Source of the DNA: an uncultured Methanosarcinales archaeon
GTDB lineage: Archaea > Nanobdellota > Nanobdellia > Woesearchaeales > CAZYIM01
Direction of reading: 5' to 3'
Assembly (NCBI GenBank): GCA_964647565.1
Contig: CAZYIM010000026.1
Span: forward strand, 10,762-41,195
Length of the DNA stretch: 30,434 bases
Below are positions 9,201 through 15,200 of this stretch, one piece after another. The notes under the pieces are model-generated. The model had not been told where the DNA came from and did not search any database. It worked only from the letters and a program-made list of their open reading frames with translations. The position numbers were made by a program, and so were the translations under genes. The stretch's first letter is position 1; each line of letters opens with the position of its first letter.

Positions 9201-12200
9201 TTATTGTTGGGGTTTGAGTGGTGAGGGTCAGGTTGGATATGGGGGTATTGAGAGCCAATTGACTCCTATTGCTGTTAATATTGCTGTTAATAATTTCTCT
9301 GATATTGATGCGGGAGGCGACCATACTTGTGCTCTTCATGTGAATGGTTCTGCTTATTGTTGGGGTGAGGGCCTGTATGGTAAGCTTGGTAATGGGGATG
9401 AGGGCAATCGGACTGTTCCAACTCAAGTTAACTATGCCCCTAATAATTGGACAACCATTTCAGGAGGCGCTTGGCAGCATACATGTGCTCTTCCTGTTAA
9501 TGGTTCTGCTTATTGTTGGGGAAGAGGTTTGTATGGTGTGCTTGGTGATGGAGGGACAGTTCAACAAAATACTCCTGTTGCTGTTAGTATTGGTGTTAAT
9601 AATTGGTCATCTATCTCTGCAGCTAAGGTCCATACTTGCGGCGTCCACATTAATGGTAGTGCTTATTGTTGGGGTGTTGGCACGGATGGCGAGCTTGGTT
9701 ATGGCGGTACTAGTGCTGCTGAGAACCTTCCGCTTGCTGTGAACTTTTCTCCTAATAATTGGACTGCTATCTACGCTAGCGACGAGCATACCTGCGGCGT
9801 TGTGCCTAATGGTTCTGCTTATTGTTGGGGTAATGGGAGTTATGGTGCGCTTGGATATGGGGGTAATGACAGTCAATTTGTCCCCATTTCTGTTAATAAG
9901 ATCCCTAATAACTGGAGTGTTTTATCTCAGGATGATGGAGAGTTTTTTTCTTGTGGTATCTTGTATAATGGTACTCTTTACTGTTGGGGTGAAGCAGGTA
10001 CTTCTAAGAGAACCGGGTTAAATTCCATGACTGATGTGTTTGTTCCTACTCAAGTAGTCTTTGATTATAGCCAGCCTATTACTGAGTTTGATTTGAAAAC
10101 AGTTTCTGTTACAAACAACGAAACACGTATTTTTGGATTACTTATTGATGGGGATGGACTTGTTGATGTTTCAAATGGGTTTGAGTATTATCGTATATAT
10201 CTCTCTACTTCTTCTGGTGGCAATAGTTCTAGTCCTGAGGGGAATTCTTTGCCGTTTGCGTATGATTATCGTGTTCAGGTGAATGGCAGTGTTTGTTATG
10301 TGTATAATGTTAGTTTTGATAATATGAGTAGTTGTAGTTTTGCGAATAGTGGTGGTGTTTTGGAGTTGTCTGTTTCGTTGGAGGATTTGGGTGCTTCGAC
10401 TGGTGATGTTTGGAATGTTAGTTTTGAGACTGCGAATTCAACTGCGCGTTATGATCTTGCTCCGGATAGTGCTTCTTTTGTGCGGTTTCCTTTGACGGGT
10501 TCGTTTGATTTTGGTGTTCCTTTGGTTAGTAGTGTGAGTGTTGTTCCTGGTATTGGTGTGAATGGTAGCGTGTTGAATGTTTCTGCTGTTGTTACAGATG
10601 ATAATACTGTTAGCATTGTTAAGGCAATGCTTAACTATCCAAATGGAAGCAATTTTGTTAATGTTAGTTTGGATAATACTGGTGGTGGCAGTGTGTATTA
10701 TAATGCGACTTATGCCTTGGATAATTTGGGTGTCTGGGGTAATTTGACTGCAACGATTTATGCTACTGATACTGGTGGTTATATCAATCAGAGTGAGAGC
10801 GCTCAGTTTATTCCTTATTGGAATGTGAGCCAGAATGGGAGTATTACTTTGGATGGTGCTGTTGGTGATTGGAGCACGCTTGCTAAACTTTCAGAGCCAT
10901 CAAGTGGAGATGCTGCGTCTTCTTATTCATTAAATTGGTCGTATAATTGGACATCACCTGAAAACCGGCATGATATTGCGTATGATGTTTTTGAGGATTC
11001 AAACGGTTCTGTGTATGTGGTTGGTTATGGTTCTAATACTTCGGGGAACGGTAATGCGAGGGATTGGTTAGTACAGAAACTGAATAGTGATAATAGTTTG
11101 AACTGGTCGTATAATTGGAGTTCGTCTGCCTTTCAAAATGATGAGGCGTATGGTGTTGCTGTGGATTCGAATGGTTTTGTGTATGTGGCAGGTTACGGCA
11201 AGAATGTTGTGGGGCAAGGCAATACTCCTGATTGGGTGGTTCAGAAGTTGAATTCTGATGGAGGGTTGAATTGGAGTTATAACTGGAGCTCGCCTGGAAG
11301 TAATTGGGATATTGTGGAGAGTGTTGCGGTTGATTCGAGTGGTTTTGTTTATGCTGCAGGCCGTGGCATGAATGCTTCTGGTAATGGTATTGCTTATGAT
11401 TGGTTGGTTCAGAAGTTGAATTCTGATGGTAGTTTGAATTGGTCTTATAATTGGACCTCTGCATGGGAATTCGGAGATGATGAACCGTATGGTGTTGCTG
11501 TTGATGATTCTGGTTTTGTGTATGTTGCTGGTTATGGCATTAATGCTTCGGGGAGTGGCAATGCTAATGATTGGTTGGTTCAGAAGTTGAATTCTGAGGG
11601 CTCATTGTGGTGGAGTTATAACTGGAGTACAGCAGGATCTAACACCGACACAGCAGAGGGTGTTGCTGTGAATTCTAGTGGTTTTGTCTATGTTGTTGGT
11701 AATGGTTTTAATGCTTCGGGGAGCGGCAATACCAATGATTGGGTGGTGCAGAAGCTTTCGATTGGTGGTACTATTGACTTGAAGGCTGTTTCTGTCTCTA
11801 ACAATGATTCTTATTTGTTTGGTTTGGTTGAGGTTGGGGGTAGTGTTGATGCTTCTGGTGCTGATGATTATTATCGTATGTATATCTCTACCACTAGTTC
11901 TGGTAATAGTACGTCTCCTGAAGGCAATTCTTTGCCGTTCCCATATGATTATCGTGTTCAAATAAATGGCAGTACTTGTTATGTGTATAATACGAGCTTT
12001 GTTAATATGAGCAGCTGTAGTTTTGCCAGCAGCAGTTCTTATCTTGAGTTTAGTTTTAATTTTTCTGATCTTGGTTTGAGTGTTAATGATACTGTTAATA
12101 TCACCTTTGAGACTGCTAACTCTACTACGGATGGGTTTGATTTGGCTCCTGATTATGCTTCTTTTGTGAAGTATACTATCAAAGAGGTTGATTTGGCTGC

Positions 12201-15200
12201 TACTGATGATGCGCCTACTACTAACTTAGTTTCGCCTTCAACAGCAACTTTTGATTCTGATGGAAATGTTATCTTTAATTGTACTGTGACAGATAACTAC
12301 GGGATAGCTAACATCACCCTCTACGGCAACTGGTCAGGAAGTTGGACAAAAAACATTACGATTGATTATGGTCAAAATGGTGTACATTGGAGTACAAGTG
12401 ATATTGGTACAGTGTTTAATGTTAAATTTGCTGATCTCAATAATGATAGTATCATAGATACCCTGCTTTCGGATGCAACAAATTCCCCTCCTGGAGAAAG
12501 AGTGATGGCATATTACTTCAACGGAAGTTCCGGATGGAACTATACGTCTGACAGAGCAAAGGCATTTTTCATAGGAGATGTTGATGGCGACAGTGACAAT
12601 GATGTGTTTGCTTTGGACCAGAGAGGATTCACTATCCTGAATAATACTGGTGGGCTCATAGATAACGACATATTGAATCTCCCTATAGTGGCCACTTTAG
12701 CAGTGACTGACATGGACAATGACAGCGTGTATGATTTATTGGCTATAGGTGATTCCAGTAATAGATTTGTTTATGTCTTCAATGCTACTACCTATGATAA
12801 TTGGGAAAACGTATATAATATTACATTTCCAGACAATACGCAAGATTACCCTACTGAACTCCTTTTTGCTGATATAGATGGGGATGGAATAAAGGATGAA
12901 CTGCTTGTGGCAGATAGTGATAACGGACTTTATGTAATGAATGCGACAGACGGAACGTTTATCTGGAATTCAACAAGCAGCAGAAGAGCCAAAGCAATGG
13001 TATTGGTGGACTTGAATGATGATGGGGATGAGGAGATTGTCTTTGGAGGTCAGAAATGGGATGACAAACAAGTATTTGCATATTTCAAGAACTACACGCA
13101 GTATTGGAATATTAGTATTTCCTTGACACAGAATTGGATATATGAGATTGATACGGCTGATCTGGACAATGATGGAAAAACAGATGAGCTTGTTATTGGT
13201 ACACAGGATGGAGATATCTACGCTTACGACGAAACAGGCAGTTTTATGTGGAATTTTACAGGGCCTTCAAACCTAATGCTCAGCATTGCTGTCGGTGACC
13301 TTGATAATGATGGTGAGGATGAGATTGCGGCTGGAGGAGATGATCATGTCCTTTACATAATAGATAGAAATGGTAATTCCCTGTGGAACTATAGTACTGC
13401 TGGTGATATTGGAGCAGATACATTTGGATTCGGTGCAATTGATATCGCAGACTTAAATCAGGATGGTGTTAATGATATTGCAGTAGCTGATCAAGATGGG
13501 TATGTATATTTGATTACAGTGCCGACAAACGATACAATTGCATCGTATAATGTGGCAGGTTTATCAGATGGAAACTATGTCTGGAACTGCTTGGCTTATG
13601 ATAACGCAAGCCAGACTGATTGGGCTAATAGCAACAATACGTTGACTGTTGACAGTTCTGCTCCGGTTATTAATAGTAAGGGTATTAATGTCAGTTCTGC
13701 AGATCCTGGTGATACTGTCTGCATTAATGCTAGTGTGACTGAGAGTTTGTCTTCGGTTGATGCTGTTTGGGCAACTATCACTCAGAGCAATGGCACTGTT
13801 ACTAACACTTCGGAGTTTAGTGATACTGGTGATTGTGCTGGAGTTGGTAGTGACGGGTGGTATAGTGTGAATGTGAATGTGGGAACTACTGGTGGCACTT
13901 TCTATTATAATGTCACTTATGTTAATAACAGTGTTGGATTGCTTGGCAGCGATACAACTCCTGCCAGTATTGCTGTGGATGCTGCCCCTAATACTAATTT
14001 GGTTTCGCCTGTTAATGGAGCTGGTCAGAGCTCTTCTGTTGTTAGGTTTGTTTCTAATGTTACTGATGGTAATAATGTTGTTAATGCCACACTCTATACT
14101 AATGAGACGACTTGGTCTGCGAAGGAGACGCGGTGGAATGGTGAGGTTGCTTATAATGATACTGGTTTGGTATTGTTGATGCACTTTAACAATGAAAGCG
14201 CGTTTGGTGAGAATGATACTGTAGTGTTTGATTGGAGCGGAAATGGAAATAATGGAACCATGGGTGCTGGAAACGAATTTATTAATAGTGCTGGCCGTTT
14301 TGGTGGGAGCTTGAAATTGGATGGTGTGAGTGATTATGTTGATGTGGGAAATACTAGCAGTCTAAAAATTAATAGCTCGATTACCATGAGTGCTTGGTTT
14401 AAATTTGATGAACTACCTAGCGTATTGGGAAGACAAGGATATATCATGGGGAAAGGGCGCTCTTTGTCAGGTTCGGGAGTATATGGGTATAGTCTTGTTA
14501 TTCATACAGATGATGATGCATATTGGGATATTTATGATTCAAGTGGGCTAAGGGATTATCAACCTTGCAATCTTCCAACACTTCAGAAAGATGTGTGGTA
14601 TCATATCGGGGTTACTTGGGATGGAACTAATGATGCTAATGGGAAAAGATGTTATCTTAATGGAAATTCCACTGATAACAATACAGTGACAATAAAAAAT
14701 ATTAGTATGCCTGATATGAATTTCTATATAGGCAAAGATAAGGTTCGTGAAGATTACGATTTCAATGGAAGCATTGATGAAGTAGCAGTCTGGAACAGAT
14801 CACTTTCCCATGCAGAAATGAAAGCTCTCTATAACTACACCAAGACTACATATCAGCCTGTTTTCCAGAATAGGACAGTTGCGGATGGTAATTATGTTTG
14901 GAATGTGTTGGCTTATGATAATAACAGCCAGAGTGATTGGGATACCAATAATTCGTTGACTGTGGATGCTTCATTTCCTTACTTTTCCAATAATGCCACT
15001 ACTGGTGTCTATAAGAAAAACACCAACTACACAGCCAATGTGACTGTGAATGATAATAGCCTGGACTATGTATGGATCGAGAGTAATCATACAGGAACCA
15101 TGAATAATTACAGTGTTACAGACATATCTGGAATGGAATATAATTTCAGCACATCATTGAACATATCAGCTGGCAGGGGCAACAAGGTCTGCCATAGGTT

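Noticed and set aside
8985..11760. CRISPR array or diversity-generating retroelement TR/VR pair among the repeats
   Set aside because: The repeats are in-frame protein repeats without unique spacers, differences between copies are not adenine-specific, and no cas or reverse transcriptase gene is in the window.
5206..14184. Antisense and alternative-frame ORFs inside the giant gene (e.g. 5206-5736, 11033-11464, 13564-14184 on the minus strand)
   Set aside because: These are shadow ORFs produced by the T/G third-position bias and the repeats. Their Ile/Thr/Asn low-complexity translations show no protein-like motifs.
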